Positions 26,360 to 38,017 of a DNA stretch of 64,000 bases are shown here, one piece after another. Position 1 is the first letter of the stretch; each line of letters opens with the position of its first letter. The translations under genes and the position numbers were made by a program. The stretch is from Camelus ferus (taxonomy: Eukaryota). Under the pieces are notes generated by a model. It was given only the letters and a program-made list of their open reading frames with translations. It did not search any database and was not told the origin of the DNA. The stretch lies in the NCBI RefSeq assembly GCF_009834535.1, contig NC_045696.1, positions 45,944,001-46,008,000 on the forward strand. The letters are read 5' to 3'.

Positions 26360-26500
26360 ACACTTATTCCTCATAACAACCTTGGGAAGTAGTAAATATT
26401 GTACCCATTTTACAGAGAAGGGAACTAAATATCAGGGGAATTAGGTAAAATATGTTGCTAGTAACCGATAAATTCAATCTCTGTAGGACACTAAAGTGCC
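26360..26500 (-). mobile_element. MIR fragment
   Basis: 'cctcataacaacc...cccattttacagagaagggaact'. Confidence 0.7.
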
Positions 26501-26769
26501 TACAATTTTCCTTGTACTAAGCCCCCTCACGTAAGTTTGTCCAATCTTTAGCATCAACCACCGTTTTTTTTTTTCTCACAGACTTATACCCAGATGAAAT
26601 GCACTACGTGATTACTGATGTCTGCTCCAGAAAGGTCTAATTTGTGATTCTCTTACTCCATTCTCTTCATCCAGGTCATAACAAATCTGTCCCATATTGT
26701 CACCAGTAAAGCCTGTTAACAATACCCAGGAAATAAAAATAGAACGTGGGTAATTAAATAAAGTCTAAC

Positions 26770-26990
26770 CTTTTTGCTTTCCTTTGTGCTTAGTTTAGTT
26801 TCACTTGCGGTCTGCGACATGCAGAGACCTCGCCCCAGGCACTTCAGACCAGAGTTTCTAGTGTAAAACGGCTCCGCCGGACACTTCAGCTCAGCGACTG
26901 TGGGCAGGAGCGCCTCGCGACGCCTCAAGTCAAGATGGCGGCGGTGGGCTGTGTGCAGAGACGGGGCGCCCTGGACCGCGATCTGGAGCA
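26770..26990 (-). other. Putative first exon (likely 5'UTR) of a large minus-strand gene; PDE4D long-isoform exon 1 is an unverified guess
   Basis: Minus-strand donor AAG|GTTAGA at 26770/26769, just downstream of the promoter motifs. The TSS position is inferred and approximate. An ATG at 26820 (weak Kozak context) gives MSQTASETKLSTKESKK up to the donor. No coding exon is recognisable in the 26 kb downstream. Confidence 0.5.
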
Positions 26991-27180
26991 GCTCGGTGGA
27001 GCCTGAACCGGAGGACTCCGCCCCCTCCCCCTTCCGGCTCACCAGCTCCCTACAAAGTGTGGCGAGGGCCTTTCTCAGGCAAAGTGTGTACTCCGGAGCA
27101 CAAGCTCGCACTCTCCATTCTCTGATCAAAGAAAGCTTTCCTTTGCTTCTGAGCCGAGCTCTGTCTTGTTCTATTGGCTC
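26770..27180 (-). promoter_or_regulatory. CpG-rich, TATA-less promoter, probably firing on the minus strand and possibly bidirectional
   Basis: 24 CpGs counted in 26808-27108 against a CpG-poor background. CCAAT box (attgg 27173-27177), ETS site (cttccgg 27031-27037), GC box (ctccgccccc 27016-27025) and YY1 motif AAGATGGCGGC (26932-26942). Confidence 0.8.
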
Positions 27181-27663
27181 CAGTGACACCAGGCAGAAGG
27201 ACCTTTGTTGAGGACCGACTCCAGAGGGTGGTTTAAAAATATGAGCTGGATTTTTTATTTAAAATTCTAATCCAAATTCACTTCAAAGGAGGAGAGAGAC
27301 CCTTTCACAATTCACTCCGATCCAGGGAGTTTTCAGAACTATGTCCAGAGCGTGTATTTAAGCTCAACTCTTGCCTGCTACTTCTGAAATCTGTGTCCAG
27401 CCACTTATTGTCATGAAAAATGTATGGTAATAATGCAATTCAATCCTCTCTTACAATGCGGGCATTCCAGTGAGCCCCACCCCTTCAAGTGACCCAACCC
27501 CATTCTAACCAGACCTTCATAACTGGTCTGGAAGGTGAAGACATGTAGGCAGGTCATATACCATTTGGTTGTTTTGTTTGTTTTTAAATATAAAATGTCC
27601 ATAAAGAATGTTGGGTTAAAAACCTTAATACTTGTTTTTTGTTTTGTTATTATAAATTAGTCA

Positions 27664-27910
27664 TAATAATAAAAATAATAGATATCACTTATTGACCCCT
27701 AATGTGTCAGAAATTGCTCTAACTTGTAAGCATAATCTTTATCACAACCTTATAAAGGTGGGTGGTATTTTCATCCACATTTGTTCAAATGAAGAAAAGG
27801 AAGTACAATTTATGGATTAATTTGTCAATGGGCACAGTCAATAACTATCAGAGCTGACCCTTGATCCCAGGGATTCTGGCCTTTCACCCTGCACTCTGCC
27901 ACCTGTGCTA
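27664..27910 (-). mobile_element. MIR SINE
   Basis: 'aataatagatatcacttattga...cacaacc...atgaagaaaagg...cagagctgacccttgatcccag'. Confidence 0.65.
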
Positions 27911-29839
27911 AGTGGACTCCAAATGAGGAAGCACAGATCACAGTTCGGGCCTTTTCAAACTCAGTTTCAGTCTTCTAAAGTCGCTGAGTACTTTTAAAGG
28001 AGATTGTTACATCTGCCCCATGCAGATACTGGAATCATTTGAATGCAAATACCTAAAAATGCAGTATGAGCTTCAAAGTAATTATGATAATCATCTGAGA
28101 AGAAAATACGGTATATCCAACTCAGCAAATGTTTCTACACAATGTCCTGCTCTGTGGTCCCTGCTCTGTCATCCAAGAAACATTTCCTCTTCATAATCTT
28201 TATGCTTCCACTTAGCTAATACCCTGCGCTTCGTTCCACCATCAGGCTAATCATAGTATCTTAGATTCATGTATTATTCCCTTACTTATCCCGTTATAAT
28301 GACAGAAGGCAGAATTTGAAATTCACCTGTTTTTCTATCTCCATACAGTAACCTGGCAATGTCAGATACTCACAAAGTATTGGTTTGAATGAATAAACAA
28401 TGCCATTACTCTCAGTTTACGTTGTAGTATTAAACATAACAGGCATTCTTTTCAAAATTAAATACCATTAAAATATAACTTAATATACCGATGTTTCAAA
28501 GGTTACAACCAAGAAATTTCTGAAACCTTGCTAAAATTTCCTTTCTTTGATAATGAAAACTCACATTCCAGATTTTCAGTTCAAATGGTTTTACTGTGAC
28601 ATTTTATAAGAGAAGGGCAAAGTATTTCTATCAGTAGTTTGAATTCTATGAAATTGGAAAATTGGGGGGGGGGGGTGAGCCTGCAAACTATGTACTTTTT
28701 AAATGAAGAATTAGGCTAAATTCCTAGTTTCTCTGAATTTACAAAATATACTTTTATAACCAACATACATTTGTTTATAAGTAAGCCTAGCGCATTTTTC
28801 TAATGATTTTGTTTTCTCTTAAAAATTAGGTCAATTTTCGGTGACATCTTTTAGAGAAAATCTTGCTGAAGAATTCAGGCAATGAGCTCTGTAATCAGAA
28901 AGAACTCCTTCTGTGCCCTGGCCAGCCTTTCCCATGATTTCTTACAACCCTTCAAAAATTCCAGACATCAAGATTAAATCAGAAAGAACTGACACACATA
29001 CATACAACTACCATATACCAGAAACTATCATTGTTATTTAAATGGATACTTTATTCAGAAGAGCTGAATAATTTCTTGCTTCTGATTTTCTGGCATCCAA
29101 TGTAGAATTTGACTACTCACAATAGTGTGTCTCAGGGCTGTCTTTGATTCCTCAGCCCCATTAGCTTTGTAGGTAAATAGTTGACTTTTTCCTGCACTCT
29201 TGAGAAGAGTTATAGTTTTAAGGCAATACAAAAACAATTCAAGAAGCAGTGGAAACAATTTTTAAAGTAATGAACTGAGATTTATCAGAAAATAGTTTCT
29301 TATCTTGGCCACTTGGTACCTAGCTGTGTGGTCTTCAACTAATCAATCTCTCACTTCTCTGAGTCATGACTCATCTGCCCATAAACAGAGAGAGTTCCAC
29401 AATGCACTCATTCATCCCAGATATTTATTGTGCACTGATCATTTGCAAGACATTATGCTAAATTCCAAAGATGATGGCAATAGCCTTCTGTTTCCTAACT
29501 AACAGAAATAACTTGTTCCTTTAGGAACTGAATTAGAAGTTATTTAATTGAAATATATATTATTTCCAGAGACCCGGAAATTCCTATTAATCGCCCATCC
29601 TTGCCAAGGTATCCCCCATGGGAATTATACATGCAAGGAGTTACAAATAAGAACCAAAGTATAGTTGTTGGTTTTTTTTGTTAATAAATCAGAAATGACA
29701 ATGTTAGGTAGCTAGGTAAGTGGGGGCACTCGGTCATGTCCCTCCATGAGTTTATAAAAGCTAAGCCATTGCCTACTGGCACCTCAGCACAACTGGCTAA
29801 AATAATTGCCCTAACATGAGCTTTAGAGCTAGCCCAAAG

Positions 29840-30491
29840 AAAGAGGCCCTACCAATAGCTCTTTTACAAACCATAGTAGCCCCCAAGGCAACCCTGGGCC
29901 TTAGTCCTGATGAAGCTCTTTATGAAATGCCATTTATTTGAATGGAAACACTGATAGATAATAAAGTCACCTCTTTAGGGGAATATGCCCAAGTTCTTAA
30001 TCAATTCCAAAGCACCCTGAGGAAATTTGGGTTAAACAACAGAACCTCGAGTGACAATAGCATCTCCTTTGCATCCGCCTGGCACTCAGATATTAGTCAA
30101 AGTCTGGACAGACAGCTCCCCAGCCTCCCAGCTTCAACCTGTTTGAAAAGGGCCTTACCCTGTTCTTCTATCCTCTCCCACTACAGTAAAGCTTCTTGGG
30201 ACTGCCAGCTGGACACACCATACCAGAGTGAAGCCCTGGAAGTCCACCCAGGAAGACCAATCCATTAAAACCCCAGACCCTGGTACCCAAAGCCCCTCAG
30301 ATCCCACATACCCTTGTGAACCTGTTAACAATCTGTGACTGCTGTTCAAGCAGCACTCCAAGTCAATCAGACTTCAGATGGTTATACAACAAGGTGATCG
30401 ACCAATCAGCCAAGACAGCCTCTATATGAGCCCCCTTGATGGACACCAACCCTCTGCTCACCAACTGCCCGGTGATAGTCAGCTAGTCTAG
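29840..30491 (+). pseudogene. Decayed retroviral integrase C-terminus followed by env tail
   Basis: Translates KEALPIALLQTIVAPKATLGLSPDEALYEMPF and, after a frameshift, LQPV*KGPYPVLLSSPTTVKLLGTASWTHHTRVKPW...YPCEPVNNL*LLFKQ (GPY/F module), then IRLQMVIQQG...YMSPLD. In-frame stops at 30144 and 30336. Confidence 0.85.
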
Positions 30492-30597
30492 GACCTCAGT
30501 GAGCCCCCTCGTCGCCCCGGTCCAGCAGGAAGTAGCTAGAGCGGTTGTCGCTCTCTACGTCCCAAAGATTCAGGGTCTTATGACTAGAGGGGGGAAA

Positions 30598-31187
30598 TGT
30601 TAGGTAGTTAGATAAGTAGGAACACCAGGCAGGTAGGTGAACGAAAGGGAGGATGGTCCAGAAGATGGCGTTATACCCACCTCCAGCATAAAGGGACTTT
30701 ACTTCTTCTAAATGAGTGCCAGCAAAAATAAATAAATAAATAAATAAACAAACAAACAAACAAAAACTGGTTAAAACCCAACAGTCAAGACTGCACAGTA
30801 GTAGAAAGGACTTAATCAGACACCATCAGTGTTCATTGTATTATAATTAACACTGTAGTTTAGCACCCCTCTCCCATGGGTTTTTCTGTGTACACCATGA
30901 GTAAGGACATGTGCAAAAGGGCCCAAACATGACTAAGCATTCCAGGGACAAGAGCCATCAATCAAGAGACCACCTCTAAGTGAGGGTCTAAGAGAAAGGG
31001 GAGACAAAAACCTCCACTTTTTCCTCCCTTGGGTCAGTCCACCTCCCATTCTTGGGGGTGTACTTTTCCTTTCCTTTTAAATAAGTCTTTTAAAATTTTT
31101 CACTACACAAAACACCATGTCCCGACTGCAAAAATACTTGTCTTTCAGGTATGACAAGACGTGGGGTCTTTACCTTTTGGGGTAACA
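30598..31187 (+). mobile_element. 3' LTR of the ERV1 remnant (about 590 bp)
   Basis: Begins TGTTA directly after the PPT and ends TAACA (terminal inverted repeat); contains an (AAAT)n(AAAC)n tract at about 30724-30766. Confidence 0.85.
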
Positions 31188-31189
31188 TA

Positions 31190-31445
31190 ACAACCAAAAT
31201 TTTTAACCCCCTACTATGTGTCAAGACTCATTCTAAGCATTTTATGTGAATTAACTTATAGGATCCTCAAAGCAAACTTACAAGAAAGGTTCCATTCTTA
31301 TCTCCATTTTTCGTAAGAGAAAATTGAGTCCAAGAGAATCAAAGAGAGACTAACTCAAATAGCTATTAGGTAGCAAACCTCAGATCTGAACCAGGATTTG
31401 AATCCAGAACCTTTGTTCTAAACATCCCCCCTACATTGCCTCCTG
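31190..31445 (-). mobile_element. MIR SINE, full length
   Basis: 'ctactatgtgtcaagactcattctaagcattttatg...ggatttgaatccagaac...cattgcctc'. Confidence 0.8.
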
Positions 31446-33217
31446 GAACAAGATAAGGGCTCAATAATTCAATCCAGAATTTTCTTGTAAGAGCTGAACT
31501 AAACAGCTAAACTGCTGATGTCCAACCTAAGAAACTAAATCTCAGTCTAGGTAGGAGGTAACACTTTTGGAACTGACCCTCCTACCCACTGCAAACACCA
31601 CTATCTTCAGGGCTGCCTAAGGCAATAGGGTAGGTATGATGTATCTGTTAAGACCAATGACAACAGTGCTGCCCCCTTTTCCAGCTTCCTTGGGAAGGAA
31701 CTCCCAGGCCATTGAAACAACAACATCCCTATTCTCTGACATCAGACACACTGCCTAGAAAGATGGCAGATAGAACACTCTGCTCTCATCTTTGGTGAGG
31801 AAATCCTTCCCCTTCTCTCACATTATGTCTAGAAAGGACTAAAAGCATGCCTGCATTTTGTGCATATTCATGAGTATCTTCTTCGTGTAAAGTCATACTC
31901 ATACGACGAAAAATAAACTTCTCTGAATACCCCTCCAACAACTGGACAATAATTCAACTAATTGGAATCTATATGCTTGTAGAGAAACGGAATCAAAAGA
32001 GTCAGCTGGATTTATGGAATGAGCCCTGGCTCAGTTATCCCCTCCTTCATATTCACAGGGGTGGTGAAAATAAAAGAGAGCAAAAGACAAGAATGACTGA
32101 ATCTACCATTCTGCCCAACTATATAGAAGAGAATAAAATGTAACTCCCAGATTTTTAACACAGTGATCTGCCCACTTGTAAAATACAACTCACTGAACAC
32201 TTTTCTCTCATGGGGGTGGATACAGGGAGAGAGAAGCAGAAAAGGAAGCTTCCTGGTACTGGAAAAATAGAGAAGAACAGAAGTGTTCCTGTCCCTACAT
32301 ATATGGAGAGAGCACTCTTTCTTCTTTCTGCATGTTTTTTTATCTTCATAACAGTAATATAAGAATATTGTTATCCCTATTTCCATATAATACAATTGTG
32401 GAAAATATCTCCAAATGCCTAATTTCAAGTCATATACCTTGTAACAGAAGCCAGCACACTCCTACCCATAATTCCTCAGATTGATGATATTAATATGATA
32501 TTAATTCATATATGCCACATATTTAAATCAATAAAGACTTATGATAATCTGTTTCAGTTCAAAATCTTCTCTCACTGACACACTCAAGACAGCTAATGAT
32601 GACAAATAAAATTAATAAATCTGAATATATTTGTCCTTTATTTCATATTGGAGGATATTCTAGAATTTCACAGTGGATCTAGAGTCTGATAGATTCAATT
32701 CAAGGCAGAAACTTTATCTGTGATTGAGGGCTCCCTTTTATCCATCCTACAATAAACAAGATTACCATTGAGGAGAATGCCCCCTCTTACTTAATTTTAC
32801 ATCCTTACTCTGAACTGGACTCTCTATGTCCCAGACTAGCATTCACCAAATTGAACTGACTTCTAGATTTCCTCCAGATCAATTATTCTCAGTCAGCATC
32901 TTTAGAACCACATGTGACTCATTCAAATATATGCTAGCACCCAAGATATCACATTGCTGCTTTAGAATTCTTTATACAAAAGCTTACCAATACAGCCAGA
33001 CATTTTTAAAGACATTAATGATTGTAAATGTGGCTACACTGTCAATGGATGTATAATATTGGGCTCAATTAAGGAAAACCCAATACTGGAAAAAGCACTT
33101 TTTTCCAACACAATTGAATCAGACTTGGACTCTTCATATTTTCCTTTATAAGTCAGAAGTCACGTAACACATTTCAGGGATATTTACTGAATGTCTCCAA
33201 AGAAGTATACAGATAGT

Positions 33218-33250
33218 GTTTTTGTTTTGTTTTGTTTTGTTTTGTTTTGT
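33218..33250. repeat. (GTTTT)n microsatellite
   Basis: Directly visible pentamer run. Confidence 0.9.
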
Positions 33251-34119
33251 CTACCACAGTACCTAGTGATCCTGGTAAATCAAATATTTATCCAAAGGAC
33301 AAGGCTAAAATCTAAATGGCATCCTTGATTTCTCTATCTCTTTCATGATTCATATCTAGCTGATTAACCATCTCTGCCATACACACATGCTCACAGACAT
33401 TAACACACACACATACACACACACACTCCCCCATCCTCATTGCCAGTGCTACTCACATTCTCATCATCTTGTTCAATAATCTCAAAATAATTTATTGACA
33501 GCTTCACTATACTGTACCATATAACATGCTTGTTATTAGGCTCACAAAAATTAAAGGGGGAAAAAAAAGAAGATATCAAAGTATAGTTGTGAAGACAAAT
33601 GCACAAATAATTGGATACAGCATGATAAATACTATAGAACCTTGGAGGAAAAAAGCCCTGATTTTCCTTGAAGGAGTTAGATGCAGATTTACAGTTTTGA
33701 AGAACATGTCTACGACAGGAAATAGCATGTGCAAGGTAATGAGACGCTAAAGATCAAGGCACACTGACAGATATTCAAGTAACTCAGTACTCCTGGAACA
33801 GAGATACACGATAGTCTCTTTCAAGTGTTTTTTTTCTGCTAGCAGTACTTTCTCATCCAAACTCCTCCTTCACATGGTTACCATTCATTTTTCTAAAACA
33901 TGTCTAACAGTATAACTGCTAAAAAATGTATGTATCCCTATTAACTCCAGCATAAGACACAAATTCTGCAGCCAAGTATCTACAACCCATGTCTGAAATA
34001 GGACAACAGATATAGCCTATTAGCAGTGGTGGCAGTAAGTGGATTTTGAGTCAGCTCTTTTGGTACGATTATTCTAACATTCCCAAAGCAAAAGGGCCAC
34101 ATAAAAATATAAAAAACAT

Positions 34120-35080
34120 TTTTATTTATTTAGTTCAACTAATCATCCTTAGGTGCATGCTATGAACCAAGTACTCTTACAGTTGCTTAGAATGTATCAA
34201 TGAACAAAATAGACAAAGATCCCTGTCTTGTGGAGTTTAAGTCTTAGTGAAGTGAGAGAGACAAGACAATAAACTCATAAGAAGGAAACTGATATATTTT
34301 AATAAGAATAATAAAAAAGGAAGTTGAAGAGGTCAGAGAATCAAGTATGCTGGGTTTGAGAAGTGGGGCAGTTTGAAATTTTCAACATGGTTATTAAGAT
34401 GGACTTCATTGAGAATGCAAGATATGAGCAAAGACTTAGAGGTGCTGAGGAGGATATCAGAAGAAGGGTGTTCCCAGCAAAAGGAACTGCCAGTTCAAAG
34501 GCTCTAAGGGGAGAAAGGGTACATCATGTCCAAGGAATAACAAGGAGACTGGTATGGACAGAACAGAGGAAGTGAAGAAAATAGTAGTATAAGGTGATGA
34601 CAGAGAGCATGAGGGAACAGATTATTTGGGACATTGGTTAATATTAGAAGGATGTTAGCCTTTATTGTAAGTGAAATAGGAAACAATTGCAGAGTTTTGA
34701 GAAGAATGACATGATCTGATTTATACTTTAAAGGCAACACTCTAGCTGCTGTCTTGAAAAGAAGGAAAGGGAAGAAGCAGGAAACAAAGTCAAGTAGCTA
34801 TTGCATTAATCCAAGTAAAAGATGATGGTGGCTCAGAACAAGGTGGCATTAGTGAAAATGATGAAAATTGGTCAGATCCTGAATATAGTTTTAAGGTAGA
34901 ACTAATAAAATGTCCCAACAGATTGGATAAGGATTATGAGAGAAAAAGAAGAATCAAGTGTAATTCCAAGACTTTTTATGTTCTCATTTTTTTGTTGTTG
35001 TTTTGGCCTGGAAAAAGAAAAATGGAATTGTTATTAAATGTTAAGGGAAGACTGCAGGTTTAGAAAATTGTGGGTGTGGA
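34120..35080 (-). mobile_element. L2 (L2a-like) 3' region
   Basis: 'aatgaacaaaatagacaaagatccctgtcttgtggagttta' and 'gacatgatctgatttatactttaaaggcaacactctagctgct' are canonical reverse L2 motifs. Confidence 0.85.
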
Positions 35081-37110
35081 CTTTACATTAAATATAAATG
35101 ATCTAAACACCCTAATAAAAAGCAGATGTTTTCAGACTGGATAAGGAAAAAAGACCCAACTACATGGTGCCTACAAGAAACCTACCTTAAGTATAAAGAA
35201 ACAAATAGCTTAAAACTAAAAGGATAGAAAGAAAAAATTCATGCAAACACTAAGAAGTAGCTATAGCGTTATTAGAAAAACCAGATTTCAAAGTACAGAA
35301 TATTACCTGAGTTAAAGTAGGTCATTTTGTAATGATAATTGGGTCCATTCATCAATAGTCATCAATAGGACCTAAAGGTCCTAAGTTTTGTGCCATAATA
35401 ACAAAGTTTTAAAATTCTAAAGCAAATATTGATAGAACTGTGAGGAAAAAATAGATAAATCCACAATTACAACCAGAAAATCCAATGCCCCTGTAATGAC
35501 TGATAGAACAAAAAGACTCAGAATCAGTAAAGACACAGTAGACTTGAATAACACTACTCATCAATTTGACCCAATTTACATTCAGAGAACACTCCATCTT
35601 ACAACAGTAGAATACAAGAATGAACATTCTTCACAAGGTATATGGTCTGTTTACCAGAGTAGACCAAATTCTGGGCCACAAATTGAATCTCAAAGAGAAT
35701 TTTATTGATACAAGTTATGTTCTCTGATTGCAATGGAATTAAATCAGCGATTAATTACACAAAGATATCTGGAAGTATCCTAAATACTTGGAAACTGAAA
35801 ACATAGTTCTAAATGATCCTAGGATCAAAGCAGAAATAAAAAGGAAGATTAGAAAGTATTCTAAAATGAATGAAAACACAACATATAAATATTTGTGGGA
35901 TGGCACTAAAGCAGTGTTTACAGGGAAAGAATGCCCTAAATGCCCAAATTAGGAAGAAAAATCTCAAATCAGTGACCTCAGCTTCCACCTAGGAACCTAG
36001 AAAACAAGGAGCACAATGAACCCAAAGCAACCAACAGAAAGGAAATAATGAAAATCAGAGAACAAATCAATAAAGTAGATAACAAAAGGGGGTAAAAGGG
36101 GAAGGGATAGATTAGGACTTTGGGATTAACATACACATACTACTATATATAAAATAGATAAACAACAAAGGCCTACTGTATAGCACAGGTAACTATATTC
36201 AAAATCTTGTAATAACCTATAGTGGAAAAGAATCTGAAAAAATATATATATTAAGTATATGCATAACTGAATCACTTTGCTGTACACCTGAAACTAACAC
36301 AGCACTGTAAATCAACTCTATTTCAATAAAAATAAATTTTAAAAAGTAGAAAACAGAAACATAATAGATAATATCAATGAAACAAAAAATTGATTCTTTG
36401 GGATCAATAAAATTAATAGATCTCCAGTTATACTGATCAAGGAAAAGAAAGAAGAAACAAATGACCAGTATCAGGAATGGCAAAGTAACAAACCACAAAT
36501 TTTATTGTTACAAGCATAATATGGAAATAATACAAAAAATATTTGCCAATAAACTCATAAATTTGGATTAAATGAAATTTCCTTGAAAGACTACTAAATC
36601 TCACTTAAAAAGAAATAAATATTGTCTGAATAGTCCTATATCTAATAAAGAAACAGCATTTGTTGTCAAAAACCTACCCCCAAAGAATAGTACAGGACCA
36701 GATAGCTTCACTGATGAATTCTATCAAATATTTAAGAAAGAAATAATATGACTTTTATATGAATATTCCATAAAATTGAAAGACAGGCAATATTTCCCAA
36801 CTCATTCTATGAGGCCAGCCTTATATTAATACCAAAACATAGACAATACTAGAAAAGAAAATGACAAACCAATATCTCTCATAAAAACAGATAAAGTAAT
36901 TCTTAACACAGTTTTAGTAAATTAAATCCAACAACATATAAAAAGAGTAATATAACCAAATGAGATTTATCACAAGACTGAAAGGTTGATTTAATCATTC
37001 AAAAGTCACTCAATATGCATCATCATAGCAACAAACTCAAATGGAAAAATCATATGATCATCTTAATAGACAGAAAGAAAGCATCTGACAAAATATAGCA
37101 TCCATTCTCA
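35081..37110 (+). mobile_element. Old L1 ORF2 fragment (endonuclease to start of RT), many stops and frameshifts
   Basis: Starts TLNINDLNTLIK-like; contains 'ggaccagatagcttcactgatgaattctatcaaatatttaa', 'aactcattctatgaggccagc' and 'catatgatcatcttaataga'. Confidence 0.9.
36088..36342 (+). mobile_element. Younger 5'-truncated L1 3' end (artiodactyl type) inserted in the old L1
   Basis: 'ctactatatataaaatagataaacaacaa...aactgaatcactttgctgtacacctgaaactaacac'; TSD aaagtagataacaaaa / aaagtagaaaacagaa. Confidence 0.9.
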
Positions 37111-37117
37111 ACTTAGT

Positions 37118-37271
37118 GGGGAGGGTATAGCTCAAGTGGTAGAGCACATGCTTAGCATGCATGAAGTTCTGGCTTCAATCCCCAGTACCTCCATTAAAGA
37201 AAAAAACAAGCAAACAAATAAATAAACCTAATTACCTCCCCACCACAAAAAAAAAAAAAAAAAAAAAAAAA
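37118..37271 (+). mobile_element. tRNA-Ala-derived camelid SINE (Vic-1 type), copy 1
   Basis: ggggagggtatagctcaagtggtagagcacatgcttagcatgca...ttcaatccccagtacctcca, then aaacctaattacctcccc and poly(A). Confidence 0.9.
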
Positions 37272-37350
37272 GAAGAAGGAGAAAAAATTTTTTAAAAACT
37301 TCTTTTGATTAAAAAAAAAAAAACAAATAAGATAGTTGCTAAAAAGAGGT

Positions 37351-37671
37351 GGGGCAGGTATAACTCAGCAGTAGACTGCGTGCTTAGCATACAGAAGGTC
37401 CTGGGTTCAATCCCCAGTACCTCCACTAAAAAATAAAATAAAAAAAATTAATTAAAAATACATAAAGAGGGGGAAGGGCATAGCTCAACTGGTACAGCGC
37501 ATGCTCAGCATGCAAGAGGTCCCGGGTTCAATCCCCGGTACCTCCTCCAAGTGGAAATCAATGAAGAAACCTAATTACCTCTCCCTCAGAATACAAACAA
37601 GAAACACGTGTGCTTAAAAAAACAAGAAAAAAAAATACATAAACCTAATTATCTCCCTGACCATAAAAAAA
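37351..37671 (+). mobile_element. Camelid SINE copy 2, split by copy 3
   Basis: tRNA-like head at about 37351-37426; its 'cctaattatctccc' tail resumes at 37644. Confidence 0.85.
37467..37630 (+). mobile_element. Camelid SINE copy 3, nested in copy 2
   Basis: tRNA-Ala-like head; perfect 13-bp TSD aaaaatacataaa at 37454-37466 and 37631-37643. Confidence 0.9.
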
Positions 37672-37881
37672 CCTAAAAACAATAGAAAGTGGGTGATCAG
37701 ATGACTTGAAATTCCTCTTCAGGTACAAGAGTATAATATCTGTGAGAGAAAAATGATCAATAGTTGAAAGGGCTAAAGGGGAAGCAGCATGTTGGTGGGG
37801 GGTGAGGAGGAGGGAGAGGGTGTTAGCGTATATGAATGAACAGGCTTCCATGAGATCCAAAAATGTGATTTAAATGTTTCA

Positions 37882-38017
37882 ATATCTTGTAATAACCTTT
37901 AATGAAAAAGAATATGATAACAAATATATGTATATATATGCATGACTGGGACATTATGCTGTACAGCAGAAATTGACACATTGTAAATGACTATATATAC
38001 TTCAATTAAAAATAAAA
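37882..38017 (+). mobile_element. Short young L1 3' end (camelid type)
   Basis: 'atatgcatgactgggacattatgctgtacagcagaaattgacacattgtaa'; TSD taaatgtttca at 37871-37881 and 38018-38028. Confidence 0.85.

Larger units (their letters stand above)
29702..31187 (+). mobile_element. Heavily deleted gammaretrovirus-like (ERV1/class I) provirus remnant
   Basis: LTR-like start at 29702, decayed integrase C-terminus, env cytoplasmic tail, PPT agaggggggaaa (30586-30597) and a 3' LTR. Confidence 0.85.

Noticed and set aside
26716..27189. 157-aa minus-strand ORF, and the 103-aa plus-strand ORF, over the CpG region
   Set aside because: GTG start upstream of the inferred TSS, reads through the splice donor, no recognisable domain; long frames are expected in GC-rich DNA.
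28664..28675. G12 run as a functional G-quadruplex
   Set aside because: Isolated homopolymer with no supporting context.
29942..30268. 108-aa ORF as a domesticated retroviral gene
   Set aside because: Only its start follows the integrase frame; the GPY/F-containing frame is different and has stops.
37118..37550. Three tRNA-Ala-like sequences as real tRNA genes
   Set aside because: Stems are mismatched and each head continues into a shared SINE body and A-rich tail; one copy has a TSD.
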